NCBI GenBank assembly: GCA_041678665.1
Contig: JBAYNU010000003.1
Coordinates: forward strand, 12,008-76,007
Direction of reading: 5' to 3'
Source of the DNA: Candidatus Magasanikiibacteriota bacterium
GTDB taxonomy: Bacteria; Patescibacteriota; Patescibacteriia; Magasanikbacterales; GWA2-37-8
Length of the DNA: 64,000 bases
The position numbers were made by a program, and so were the translations under genes. Positions 10,298 through 19,199 of this stretch are shown one piece after another. The notes below the pieces were generated by a model, which was given only the letters and a program-made list of their open reading frames with translations, made no database searches and was not told the origin of the DNA. Every line of letters starts with the position of its first letter. Within the stretch, counting starts at the first letter, position 1.

Positions 10298-10430
10298 GTT
10301 TTGTCCGCGGGCGGTCTATTTGTCCCTGGAATATAAGTGGTAAACCGCATGTTTAACCCACGGGTTAAACAGATATAGGTAAACCGATAATTCTAGTTGT
10401 AGAACAGTTTGCACCGCCCGCAGCAAAACT
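10298..10430 (-). ncRNA. Candidate structured ncRNA (6S-like rod hairpin)
   Basis: TGGTATAAT promoter at 10438-10446(-); ends pair (gttttg..gcgggcggt / accgcccgc..caaaac); apical hairpin tgtttaaccc-gt-gggttaaaca; terminator immediately downstream. Confidence 0.6.
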
Positions 10431-10515
10431 TAATTATATTATACCACTTCGGAGGAAAAAGTTATCCACAGGGCTTCGTCCGCCGACTGGCGGACTACGC
10501 CCTGTAAACATTGAG

Positions 10516-10878
10516 TTATAAATTACTTGCTAGCCAGTTAATAATATCCGTATCACCAGTGTAGCACTTGGTGCCATCCCAAAGGAATGGTACACCCACA
10601 GTCGCCGTTGGTAATCCACAAATATTGGCCTTGTTAATCATTTCGGCGGCATTGGCTTGATTATACCAGATTTCTTTTTTAGTGATTTGGATTTTAGTAT
10701 CTAAATTATTATTTTTGATAAATTCTTCCACTTTAATACAATGAGGACACTGTTGACCGTAATAAAGAATCGTTCCAGAGGTAGGGGCGGATGTTTTGTT
10801 GAACATAAATAAAGTGCCAACTATTACGATAGTAACAAAAGCGATAAGAATGATGAGATTTAGAGATTTTTTGGTCAT
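10516..10878 (-). CDS. Membrane-anchored glutaredoxin/thioredoxin-like protein
   Basis: N-terminal TM, CPHC active site, GVPFL, GD. Confidence 0.85.
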   Translation of the reverse strand: MTKKSLNLIILIAFVTIVIVGTLFMFNKTSAPTSGTILYYGQQCPHCIKVEEFIKNNNLDTKIQITKKEIWYNQANAAEMINKANICGLPTATVGVPFLWDGTKCYTGDTDIINWLASNL

Positions 10879-10989
10879 ATTTTATTGTCATCCCGAATTT
10901 GATTTGGGATCTTGTCTATATTATAGCATAGTTGGTTGTGTTGAGTAAAATAAAATCACCCACCAATGGTGAGTGATTTAAGAAATTAT

Positions 10990-11166
10990 TTAAGCGGATT
11001 TTTTGGCATTGGTGCGGCGACAAGTGGAACAAGCGCGAAGGCGTTTGCCATTTATAGTCAAAAATTGTAAGTTGGGTTTTTGGCGTCGCGGAGTTTTGAT
11101 ATTAGAGTGAGAAACGCGGTTGGCGCGAATTGCTTTTTTACCGCAGATAGTACAAGTTCTAGACAT
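10990..11166 (-). CDS. rpmB: 50S ribosomal protein L28 (missing from ORF track)
   Basis: Manual translation MSRTCTICGKKAIRANRVSHSNIKTPRRQKPNLQFLTINGKRLRACSTCRRTNAKKSA. Confidence 0.95.
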   Translation of the reverse strand: MSRTCTICGKKAIRANRVSHSNIKTPRRQKPNLQFLTINGKRLRACSTCRRTNAKKSA

Positions 11167-11235
11167 ATTTTATGATTGTAAAATTGTTAGTAAAGTAGTA
11201 TAATAATACCATCATTCTTTATTTTTGTCAATACT

Positions 11236-11841
11236 ATGTCTTTTATTAATTTGGTATTTTACTTTCTAGTAATCGTCCCCTCGGCTATTATTCACGAATA
11301 TGCCCATGGTTGGATGGCCGAGCGTTTGGGTGATAAAACCGCGCGTTATGCCGGTCGTCTTACCCTTAACCCGATTAAGCATATTGATCTGTGGGGTACG
11401 ATTTTGATGCCGATTGTTTTGTCGCTTTTAACTCAAGGCTCATTTATGTTTGCCTATGCCAAACCAGTGCCGTATAACCCATATAATTTAAAAAATCAGA
11501 AATGGGGACCGGCTTTGGTGGGTTTAGCGGGACCTTTGGCCAATTTTATGTTGGCTTTGGCATTTTCTATCGTAATTAGAATAATTCCAACCGCGCCCAT
11601 TTCGGAATTTTTGGGCATTATCGTTTACGCTAATTTGCTTTTGATGATTTTTAATTTAGTACCATTGCCACCTTTGGATGGCTCCAAGATATTGCTCGCG
11701 GCCTTGCCCGATGCTACTGCCTATAAAGTCCAACATTTTTTTGATCGTTGGGGATTTTTTATCTTATTACTTTTTGTTTTTTATTTATTCGATTTTATCG
11801 CGCCGATTATTACTGGGTTGTTTAGGGTGCTGGTCGGATAG
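11236..11841 (+). CDS. Site-2 protease (peptidase M50)
   Basis: HEYAH, AGP, NLVPLPPLDG. Confidence 0.93.
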   Translation: MSFINLVFYFLVIVPSAIIHEYAHGWMAERLGDKTARYAGRLTLNPIKHIDLWGTILMPIVLSLLTQGSFMFAYAKPVPYNPYNLKNQKWGPALVGLAGPLANFMLALAFSIVIRIIPTAPISEFLGIIVYANLLLMIFNLVPLPPLDGSKILLAALPDATAYKVQHFFDRWGFFILLLFVFYLFDFIAPIITGLFRVLVG

Positions 11842-11849
11842 TGTCTCAC

Positions 11850-12016
11850 TGTCATCCTGAGCTTGCCCCGCCATGGCGGGGCGGAGTCGAAGGATCTCTT
11901 GCGCTTGTCATCCCCGCGAAAGCGGGGATCTGCCCTAATAAGTCGGGGATTCCCTCCGCCAGCTGGCGGATCGTGGGAATGACATCGAGTGGTTACTCGT
12001 TTCGTTCAGAATGACA
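11850..12016. repeat. Nested REP-like palindromic elements
   Basis: Outer tgtcatcctgagc...gaaggatct ... cagaatgaca encloses inner tgtcatccccgcgaaagcggggatct...gggaatgaca. Confidence 0.8.
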
Positions 12017-12024
12017 AACAAATT

Positions 12025-13224
12025 ATGCTCACTGTTCTATCCGTCTCCGAATTTATCTCTCAAATCAACGACATTATCGCCGGTGAATTTGTAGTGGAAG
12101 GTGAAATATCCGGCTATAAAGTATCCCAAGGCAAATGGGTATTTTTTGATCTCAAAGATGATCGTTCGGTTTTGAATTGTTTTGCAGTGTTGTATCAAAT
12201 CGGACAACCTTTGGAAGATGGCATGAAAGTACGAGTGGTGGGGTATCCGAAAATTTACGACAAATCAGGCCGATTTAGTTTGACGGTGCAGAAAGTAGAA
12301 ATGGTAGGCGAGGGGTCGCTCAAAAAAGCATATTTGCTCTTAAAGAAAAAATTAGAAGAAGAGGGGTTGTTCGCGTCCGCGCGCAAAAGAAATTTGCCGG
12401 AATTACCGGCGTGCATCGGAGTGATTGCTTCGCGCGATAGCGCCGCGTTTGGGGATTTTAAACGCATTATTAATAATCGTTGGAGCGGGCTCACGATTGA
12501 ATTATTTAATGTGGCGGTGCAGGGCGAACAAGCGGTGGGCGAAATTATCGCGGCGTTTGATTATTTTAATAACACCGCAGATAAGCCCGAAGTTTTGGTG
12601 CTCACGCGCGGTGGTGGGTCGCTGGAAGATTTGGGGGCGTTTAACAATGAACAAGTGGTGCGCGCGGTGTATGGCAGTAAAATTCCAGTAGTGTGCGGAG
12701 TGGGGCACGAGCGCGACGAATCACTTTGCGATTTTGCTGCTGATGTGCGCGCCTCCACCCCCAGCAATGCCGCCGAGATTGTGGCGCCGGACAAAAAAGA
12801 TTTTATCAATCAGTTGGAATTTTCTATGGATAATGCTTTGGGTAATTTAGAACACACTTTGACAAAAATGCGTCACGGTATTGATCAAGGATTTTTCGCT
12901 ATCATCAGTCGTTTAGAAGCGCCTTTGAATGGCTGCCGCAGATTGATTGATTCGTTTGTTGGATTAGTTGGTGATTTGGGAGCGAAGATTGAGAGACAAA
13001 GAGAATTTGTTTTGGGCGCGGAAAGATTATTTAACAATATCAACCCCAAGCGTGTTTTACAGCGTGGTTATAGCATTACGCGCGATAAATTAGGCCGAAT
13101 TATTCGTTCGGCCACCCAAGTGGACGCGGGCGACAAAATCATGGTAGAATTGAGCGAAGGAAGTGTGGGGGCGGAGGTGGTTGGTAACAAACCCAAACCC
13201 GCCCAAACACGATTGTCATTCTGA
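12025..13224 (+). CDS. xseA: Exodeoxyribonuclease VII large subunit
   Basis: VEGEIS, FDLKD, RGGGSLEDL, GVGHERD, TPSNAAE, LQRGYS; start ATG 12025. Confidence 0.95.
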   Translation: MLTVLSVSEFISQINDIIAGEFVVEGEISGYKVSQGKWVFFDLKDDRSVLNCFAVLYQIGQPLEDGMKVRVVGYPKIYDKSGRFSLTVQKVEMVGEGSLKKAYLLLKKKLEEEGLFASARKRNLPELPACIGVIASRDSAAFGDFKRIINNRWSGLTIELFNVAVQGEQAVGEIIAAFDYFNNTADKPEVLVLTRGGGSLEDLGAFNNEQVVRAVYGSKIPVVCGVGHERDESLCDFAADVRASTPSNAAEIVAPDKKDFINQLEFSMDNALGNLEHTLTKMRHGIDQGFFAIISRLEAPLNGCRRLIDSFVGLVGDLGAKIERQREFVLGAERLFNNINPKRVLQRGYSITRDKLGRIIRSATQVDAGDKIMVELSEGSVGAEVVGNKPKPAQTRLSF

Positions 13225-13260
13225 GCGACCCGCCCATGGCGGGGAGTCGAAGAATCCCTT
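13214..13260. repeat. REP-like element overlapping the xseA stop
   Basis: tgtcattctgagcgacccgcccatggcggggagtcgaagaatccc. Confidence 0.75.
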
Positions 13261-13306
13261 TCGCCACCATTGTTAAATTGCTAAACTGTTAAATTGTTAT
13301 ATTGCT

Positions 13307-13807
13307 ATGAAAATTTTAGTTATATCCGACAGCCATGATAATGTGGCCAATTTGGAAAAAGTTTTAAAGTGGGCGAATAAAAATAATATTGAGGCGTTGA
13401 TTCACGCCGGAGATTTGAGCGCGCCCGGAGTTTTAAAAAATACTTTGGCGCCAGGATTTACCAAAGATATTTATATTATCAACGGCAATGTTTCTGATCC
13501 GGAATTATTGGCCAAAATTAGTTTGGATTTTTCTAATGTTAAATATCTTGGCGGTGAGGGCGAAGCCGAAATCGATGGGAGGAAGATTTATATTACTCAT
13601 TTTCCGCCACGCGCCCAAGCCATTGCCGGTGCCAGTGTGTATGATTTGGTGGTATTCGGGCATACGCACAAATCAGAAACAAGCCAATCCGGAAGTACTA
13701 AGCTGATCAATCCGGGGTCGGTGGGCGGTCTTTACAATCCTGCCACCTTCGCCACTTACGATACCCAAAATGGAGAAGTAAAGATTTTTGAAGTAAACAA
13801 AATATAA
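13307..13807 (+). CDS. YfcE-like metallophosphoesterase
   Basis: SDSHDN, HAGD, GHTH, NPGS. Confidence 0.9.
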   Translation: MKILVISDSHDNVANLEKVLKWANKNNIEALIHAGDLSAPGVLKNTLAPGFTKDIYIINGNVSDPELLAKISLDFSNVKYLGGEGEAEIDGRKIYITHFPPRAQAIAGASVYDLVVFGHTHKSETSQSGSTKLINPGSVGGLYNPATFATYDTQNGEVKIFEVNKI

Positions 13808-13808
13808 T

Positions 13809-14417
13809 ATGTCGAAAAAAATCGCTATTGATGTAGTATTATTACTTCCACCAAAAGTTTCGAATTTATCTATCAAGGTAAATAATAAAGCGCTTAAAAA
13901 TGGCTGTAAAGGTGTTTTGTTAAACAAGAAGGATAATTTACCCCACATATCGTTATTTATGGGGGTAATAAATCAAAAAGATATCAATTTAATTGGTGAA
14001 AAAATTAAGATAACAGTTAAAAATTTTAGTCCAATTGTAACTGCCATTACAAAATTAAATTCAGCACCACATGCAGATGGGTTGCGAATGTATGATTTTT
14101 CTTTAAAAAATAATAAGCAATTTCAGTTGCTTCACGAAACTGTGGTTAAAGGGCTTAAAAAGTTTGTCTGTGGCAAGGCAATTTCCGGCATGTTTTATAA
14201 AGACAAAGGGGAGATATTAACAGGCGGCTGGAACTGGGTAAATAATTTTATTAAAAATGCGAGTTTTAAAAATTTTTATCCCCATATTACTTTGCGCACT
14301 TCTTGCGCTTCTTACAATAAATTTCCTGTAAGATTTACAGCTAGTAGATTAGTCATCTGCCATTTAGGTGATCATTGTACTTGCCGTAAAATTTTATGGG
14401 AAACAGAATTAAAATAA
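13809..14417 (+). CDS. 2H phosphoesterase / 2'-5' RNA ligase family
   Basis: Two HxS/T motifs (PHISL, PHITL). Confidence 0.8.
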   Translation: MSKKIAIDVVLLLPPKVSNLSIKVNNKALKNGCKGVLLNKKDNLPHISLFMGVINQKDINLIGEKIKITVKNFSPIVTAITKLNSAPHADGLRMYDFSLKNNKQFQLLHETVVKGLKKFVCGKAISGMFYKDKGEILTGGWNWVNNFIKNASFKNFYPHITLRTSCASYNKFPVRFTASRLVICHLGDHCTCRKILWETELK

Positions 14418-14418
14418 T

Positions 14419-14613
14419 ATGACCAAAGACAAGTACAACTTTTCGCAATCGTACAAAAAACTCCAAACCATTGTAGAATGGTTTGAGAAAGAGGATGTGG
14501 ATTTGGAAGAAGGGATTAAAAAATTCGAGGAGGGGATTGGGCTGGTAAAAGAGATGAAGGATTATTTGGGCAAGATGGAAAATAAAATTAAAGAGTTAAA
14601 AAAAGAAGTATGA
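14419..14613 (+). CDS. xseB: Exodeoxyribonuclease VII small subunit
   Basis: LQTIVEWFE..DLEEGIKKFEEG. Confidence 0.9.
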   Translation: MTKDKYNFSQSYKKLQTIVEWFEKEDVDLEEGIKKFEEGIGLVKEMKDYLGKMENKIKELKKEV

Positions 14614-15152
14614 CGGTGTCGATTACCTATTTCGTCCACGGCACTACCACAGACAATGAAAAAGGTTTGGCTACTGGTTGGAATCAAGGTGAATTATCCG
14701 AAACCGGCAAACAACAAGCCGTAAAACTTGGAGAGTTGACGAGCGGGGAGAATTTTGACGTAGTATTTTGTTCTGATTTAAAACGTGCGGTTGATTCAGC
14801 TAATTTGGCATTTGGAAAAAAATATAAAATTATTACCGACAAACGTTTGCGCGAATGTAATTATGGCGAGCGGTCGGGGCTATCTAGCATAAAACCTGAT
14901 GAAATGAAAGCACATGTTGACCAGCCTTTTCCTGGCGGCGAGAGTTATCGTGATGTGGAAAAACGCGTGGTCGAGTTTGTAGAATTTTTAAAAAATAATT
15001 TTTCCGGCAAACATGTGGCGACTGTTGCTCACCAAGGTCCGCAATTGGCCTTGGAAGTGATATGTAATCACTTATCTTGGACAGATGCCATTACCAGCGA
15101 CTGGAGGCGTGTAGGCAAGTGGCAGCCGGGTTGGAAGTATATTATTAATTAA
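14610..15152 (+). CDS. Histidine phosphatase family protein
   Basis: VHG(RHG-like), SDLKRA, LRECNYG, GGES, AHQG. Confidence 0.85.
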   Translation: MTVSITYFVHGTTTDNEKGLATGWNQGELSETGKQQAVKLGELTSGENFDVVFCSDLKRAVDSANLAFGKKYKIITDKRLRECNYGERSGLSSIKPDEMKAHVDQPFPGGESYRDVEKRVVEFVEFLKNNFSGKHVATVAHQGPQLALEVICNHLSWTDAITSDWRRVGKWQPGWKYIIN

Positions 15153-15159
15153 AAAATAT

Positions 15160-15501
15160 ATGAAATTATTATTACGTTGGTTAATTTCGGCCGGTACTCT
15201 CATGATGCTGGCGTATTATATGCCCGGCATATCTGTGCATAGTTTTTATAGCGCGCTTATCGCCGCATTGGTTTTGGGTTTAATAAATGCTTTGGTACGC
15301 CCGGTCGCTTTATTATTATCTTTGCCGGTAAACATTCTTACGCTGGGTTTGTTTACATTTGTGATCAACGGTTTAATGTTTTGGTTGGCATCGAGTATTG
15401 TCAAAGGATTTTATGTGGATGGTTTTTGGACGGCTTTTTGGGGAGCTCTCGTAATGTGGATTGTTGGCTGGGTAGTGAGTGCGATGCTTAAAAAATCGTA
15501 A
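15160..15501 (+). CDS. Phage holin family (YvlD-like) membrane protein
   Basis: LGLINALVRP...LPVNILTLGLF. Confidence 0.88.
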   Translation: MKLLLRWLISAGTLMMLAYYMPGISVHSFYSALIAALVLGLINALVRPVALLLSLPVNILTLGLFTFVINGLMFWLASSIVKGFYVDGFWTAFWGALVMWIVGWVVSAMLKKS

Positions 15502-15568
15502 TGTCATTCCCGCGAAAGCGGGAATCCGCGACTTAAAGGGGCAGATCCCCGCTTTCGCGGGGATGACA
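15502..15568. repeat. REP-like doublet
   Basis: tgtcattcccgcgaaagcgggaatcc...gatccccgctttcgcggggatgaca. Confidence 0.85.
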
Positions 15569-15575
15569 AATAAAT

Positions 15576-15737
15576 ATGCGTAACTATTCAAGTAACCGAG
15601 CGCAGAAAGGCAAGACGGCGTATCGCACGCCGAGTTTGTATAAGGCGAACAAAGCCATCAAAGCGGCTGATACCAAGGCGCGGATCGCGACGGTAACCAA
15701 TACCATTGATAATTTTTACCTAAGATTTAAAAAGTGA
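15576..15737 (+). CDS. Small basic hypothetical protein (53 aa)
   Basis: Manual ORF MRNYSSNRAQKGKTAYRTP...FYLRFKK that fills the gap and ends 3 nt before pyrH. Confidence 0.45.
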   Translation: MRNYSSNRAQKGKTAYRTPSLYKANKAIKAADTKARIATVTNTIDNFYLRFKK

Positions 15738-15740
15738 TTT

Positions 15741-16427
15741 ATGCCCAGCAATTACAAAATTCTTTCCGTCGGCGGATCAATAATTATTCCCAAAACCGGT
15801 TTTGATATTGAGTTTTTAAAAAAGTTTCGCGAGCTAATTTTGGCTCGAGTGAAAAAAGGCGACAAATTTATTTTAATAATCGGCGGGGGAGCGACTTGTC
15901 GCAATTATCAAGCGGCAGCCAAGGCGGTGGCTGGGCTAAACAATGAAGAATTGGATTGGCTCGGTATCCAGACCACTTGGTTTAATGGGGGGTTTGTAAA
16001 AAGTTTGTTTGGTAAATTAGCGCATAGCGAAGTGATAAAAAATCCCACTAAAAAAATAAAGACCAGTAAGCCGATTATTATTGCCGGCGGTTGGAAGCCG
16101 GGGTGCAGTACCGACAATGATGCTGTGCTTTTGGCCAAGGCCTACAGAGCCAAAACTGTGGCCAATTTGTCCAATATAGATTTTGTATATGACAAAGACC
16201 CAAATAAATTTTACGACGCGAAGAAAATAGAAAAAATTTCGTGGGTTGAATTTAGAAAGATAGTGGGGGATAAGTGGGTAGCTGGCGCCAATGTTCCGTT
16301 TGATCCTAAGGCCGCGAAGCTCGCGCAGAAATTAAAATTAAAAGTAGTTTTTGTCAAAGGTACGGATTTGGGTGAGGTGAAAAAAATGTTGAATGACGAG
16401 GCGTGTCGTGGAACGGTGATTGGGTGA
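15741..16427 (+). CDS. pyrH: UMP kinase (archaeal-type)
   Basis: LSVGGS, IGGGATCR, PGCSTD, YDKDP, PFDP. Confidence 0.92.
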   Translation: MPSNYKILSVGGSIIIPKTGFDIEFLKKFRELILARVKKGDKFILIIGGGATCRNYQAAAKAVAGLNNEELDWLGIQTTWFNGGFVKSLFGKLAHSEVIKNPTKKIKTSKPIIIAGGWKPGCSTDNDAVLLAKAYRAKTVANLSNIDFVYDKDPNKFYDAKKIEKISWVEFRKIVGDKWVAGANVPFDPKAAKLAQKLKLKVVFVKGTDLGEVKKMLNDEACRGTVIG

Positions 16428-16593
16428 TTTTGTTTTACTTTTGTAACCAAAAGTAACAAAAGTTTTGAGAGGCCTCAAAACTCGCTCGGCCTGCAGAGCC
16501 GGCCGAGCTCAAACATTTCGGCCTCCCAAACCCACCAAGGAATAAAATATAAAAAAAAGCCGGGCGACTGGTGTTGTCGCCCGGGAAAGAGCC

Positions 16594-16905
16594 TTAGAAT
16601 TTCGGTGGCAGTCCGCACATAGTGCGGAAGAGTCCGGTGATCACCGCGAACGGCGACTGACTCTGCGCGATATACTCACCCCACTTCTTCCCGAACTTCC
16701 TGGAGAAGTTCCAAGCAAATATCGGACGCCACGCATACTTGCCGAGGCATGCGTCCTCGGCGGAAGTAATTCGACGCCATCGCTCGACGTCTTTCCATCC
16801 TGCCAGGTCTTCGAAGCTCGGCATAGGGCAGAAAATGACGGCGAAAACGGTGATAAGAAGCATCACCAGACGCTGACCGATGATATTTTGAAGCAGCTTT
16901 TTCAT
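16594..16905 (-). CDS. Hypothetical protein with N-terminal hydrophobic segment
   Basis: SD aaggagg, own TTGACA..TATAAT promoter (~16961-16989, -), terminator-like hairpin near 16552-16585. Confidence 0.65.
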   Translation of the reverse strand: MKKLLQNIIGQRLVMLLITVFAVIFCPMPSFEDLAGWKDVERWRRITSAEDACLGKYAWRPIFAWNFSRKFGKKWGEYIAQSQSPFAVITGLFRTMCGLPPKF

Positions 16906-17056
16906 GGCCGCCTCCTTTCTATTCTATGAAAGTTGTTTAAAGAACGTAGTAGAACAAAATATTATACTCCCAAAATAAGAGGTTGTCAAGTATTTTGTTG
17001 TTTTTAATGCTTATTTTAGCCAAAATTAAGGTGGATAACTTTTTTAATTTAGGGTA

Positions 17057-17085
17057 TTGACATTTCTCGGCTAATAATGTATATT
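17057..17085 (+). promoter_or_regulatory. Sigma70 promoter of rplJL
   Basis: TTGACA-17-TATATT. Confidence 0.7.
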
Positions 17086-17093
17086 AATCACAT

Positions 17094-17190
17094 CCATAGA
17101 CAGCAGGTGCCAATTGGCTTAATTTCCTGCCGAGGTACAAAGCAATCGCATCGGTCGATTTGTGCTTATTGGTCTGTGGTAATACACAGA
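17094..17190 (+). promoter_or_regulatory. L10 leader (ribosomal protein autoregulatory RNA)
   Basis: agacagcagg...ttaa..tcctgccgagg signature directly upstream of rplJ. Confidence 0.8.
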
Positions 17191-17197
17191 TTTTTTT

Positions 17198-17722
17198 ATG
17201 CCAAAAAATAGACAACAAAAAGAAACTACAGTAAAAACTTTGTTAGATGGGCTCAAAGCGGGTAAATCCGCCGTGTTTGCTAATTTTCAAGGTCTCACTG
17301 TTTCACAGACCGAAGAGCTGCGTAAGAGCTGTCGCCAAGAAGGCGTAAGCGTGCTCGCCGCCAAAAAAACTTTGGTCCACCGAGTATTTGAAGAATTGGG
17401 TATCAAAGATGTTGACCCTCAGGCGTTTACTGGAGGCATTGCGACTTTTATTGGCACTGCCGATGAGGTTGCTCCGGCCAAGCTGGTAAACACTTTTGGT
17501 AAGACCCACGAAGTGGTTCAGATTTTTGGCGGACTTTTGGAAGGTAAGTATATTACCGCCGCGTCCGTAAAAAGTTTGGCCGCTTTACCAAACAAGCAAC
17601 AGTTGCTTGGTCAGTTGGTTGGCACACTCAACGCTCCGGTATCCGGATTCGTCAATGTGCTCGCCGGCAATTTACGCGGGTTGGTTGGTGTACTTAATAA
17701 TATCGCGAAAGCGAAAGTTTAA
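17198..17722 (+). CDS. rplJ: 50S ribosomal protein L10
   Basis: GLTVSQTEELR, KKTL, LAALP, precedes rplL. Confidence 0.96.
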   Translation: MPKNRQQKETTVKTLLDGLKAGKSAVFANFQGLTVSQTEELRKSCRQEGVSVLAAKKTLVHRVFEELGIKDVDPQAFTGGIATFIGTADEVAPAKLVNTFGKTHEVVQIFGGLLEGKYITAASVKSLAALPNKQQLLGQLVGTLNAPVSGFVNVLAGNLRGLVGVLNNIAKAKV

Positions 17723-17730
17723 TTAACAAC

Positions 17731-17788
17731 TGTCATTCCGGACTTGATCCGGAATCTGCACAAGATCCCGACTTTCGTCGGGATGACA
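17731..17788. repeat. REP-like doublet between rplJ and rplL
   Basis: tgtcattccggacttgatccggaatct...agatcccgactttcgtcgggatgaca. Confidence 0.85.
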
Positions 17789-17802
17789 ATTAAAATAATT
17801 TT

Positions 17803-18207
17803 ATGTCCGATGAACAAAAAGTAGTAGAGGTGCCGGAAAAATTCAAGGCCCTCGTGGAACAAGTAGAAAAAATGTCTGTTCTTGACCTTTCCGAACTTGT
17901 GAAAGTTCTTGAAGACAAATTTGGTGTGTCTGCTGCCGCTCCGGCCATGATGATGGCCGCTGCTCCGGCTGCCGCTGGTGCTGCCGCCGAAGAGAAGACT
18001 GAGTTCAATGTGGAACTCACTGATGCCGGCGCGAGCAAGATTAATGTGATCAAAGCCGTGAAAGAAATTACCGGTTTGGGATTAGCCGATGCCAAAGCTT
18101 TGGTTGATGGCGCCCCGAAGGTTATTAAAGAAGCCGTGAAGAAAGATGAAGCCGAAGCTATGAAGAAGAAAATTGAAGAGGCTGGTGGTAAAGCCACATT
18201 GAAATAA
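17803..18207 (+). CDS. rplL: 50S ribosomal protein L7/L12
   Basis: Ala-rich hinge, [22 protein letters not shown]. Confidence 0.98.
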   Translation: MSDEQKVVEVPEKFKALVEQVEKMSVLDLSELVKVLEDKFGVSAAAPAMMMAAAPAAAGAAAEEKTEFNVELTDAGASKINVIKAVKEITGLGLADAKALVDGAPKVIKEAVKKDEAEAMKKKIEEAGGKATLK

Positions 18208-18217
18208 TATTTCATTC

Positions 18218-18248
18218 AAAAAACGGGGTTAAGCATGCCCCGTTTTTT
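18218..18248 (+). terminator. Intrinsic terminator after rplL
   Basis: aaaaacgggg...ccccgtttttt. Confidence 0.75.
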
Positions 18249-18286
18249 GTTGTCAAAAAGGCGGTAGGGGAGTAAAATACTGGGGT

Positions 18287-18706
18287 ATGCTTTGGCATTT
18301 TATTAAGGTATATTTTTCTACCGGGTTTGTCATGGTTCTAATTGATGTTATTTGGTTGGGTTTTTTTGTTGATAAGTATTATCATCCCAAACTAGAAAAG
18401 GTGGCACGGCAAAATACTGGCAAGTCATTTAGTCCGGTTTGGTACGCTTCGGTCTTGATTTATGTAGTTTTAACTCTCGGAATAGTATTGTTGGTTTTGC
18501 CTCGGGCGTATGGATTATCGGTTTTTGATACTTTTACTATTGGCGCGTTTTATGGTTTAATTGTTTATGGAATATATAACTTGACTAATTATTCCATATT
18601 AAAAGGCATATCTCTAAATTTAGTATTAATTGACATTATTTGGGGTTCAGTACTTTGTGGTGTCGTATCTATGGCTGCAACTTGGTTTAATAATTTTTTT
18701 GTTTAA
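18287..18706 (+). CDS. DUF2177-like membrane protein
   Basis: IDVIWL, YGIYNLTN, DIIWG. Confidence 0.8.
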   Translation: MLWHFIKVYFSTGFVMVLIDVIWLGFFVDKYYHPKLEKVARQNTGKSFSPVWYASVLIYVVLTLGIVLLVLPRAYGLSVFDTFTIGAFYGLIVYGIYNLTNYSILKGISLNLVLIDIIWGSVLCGVVSMAATWFNNFFV

Positions 18707-18716
18707 CTTATTTTGT

Positions 18717-19145
18717 ATGACAGATAACAAATTTGAATTGGCCAAGCTTGAATACGAGTTAGTACAAAAACAAGTCGACAAATATGATGATATTTCTTCC
18801 AAAATTAAAACATGGTCAATAACATTGTGGATTGGTATTTTAGGATGGTCATTTCAATCCAAGCGTCACGAGCTATTGTTGCTGGGTATAGTGGCGATTG
18901 TGATTTTTTGGATTTTAGATACGGTAAACAAAAATTTCCGGCAAGATTATCGTGCCAGACGTGAGGACGTTGCCGCTGCCTTACGACAGTTTTCGGAAAG
19001 TAGTAGTTGGCCTAGTAGTTTTTCTACTCCGCAAAATTATACGCACAGATTTAGAGGAATCTTTAAACAGTTATTTATTTTACATTTAACATTGGTCTAT
19101 TTACCTTTGGCATTATTAACTTTGTGGGCTTATTTTAGTTATTAA
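18717..19145 (+). CDS. Hypothetical membrane protein
   Basis: Start ATG 18717; IKTWSITL and FWILD 2-3 TM pattern. Confidence 0.7.
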   Translation: MTDNKFELAKLEYELVQKQVDKYDDISSKIKTWSITLWIGILGWSFQSKRHELLLLGIVAIVIFWILDTVNKNFRQDYRARREDVAAALRQFSESSSWPSSFSTPQNYTHRFRGIFKQLFILHLTLVYLPLALLTLWAYFSY

Positions 19146-19199
19146 TTATATTGGTGCGCGTTCATACCTTTGTTTTTGGATTAGTGGGAAATATTATCT

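Noticed and set aside
10084-10350. 88-aa minus-strand ORF
   Set aside because: It runs through a REP element, a terminator and the ndk 3' end; the region is better explained as ncRNA plus repeats
15160-15501. Holin-family gene as a prophage marker
   Set aside because: YvlD-like membrane proteins are common chromosomal genes and there is no lysin or phage context
17790-18215. 141-aa antisense ORF
   Set aside because: Shadow of rplL produced by codon bias
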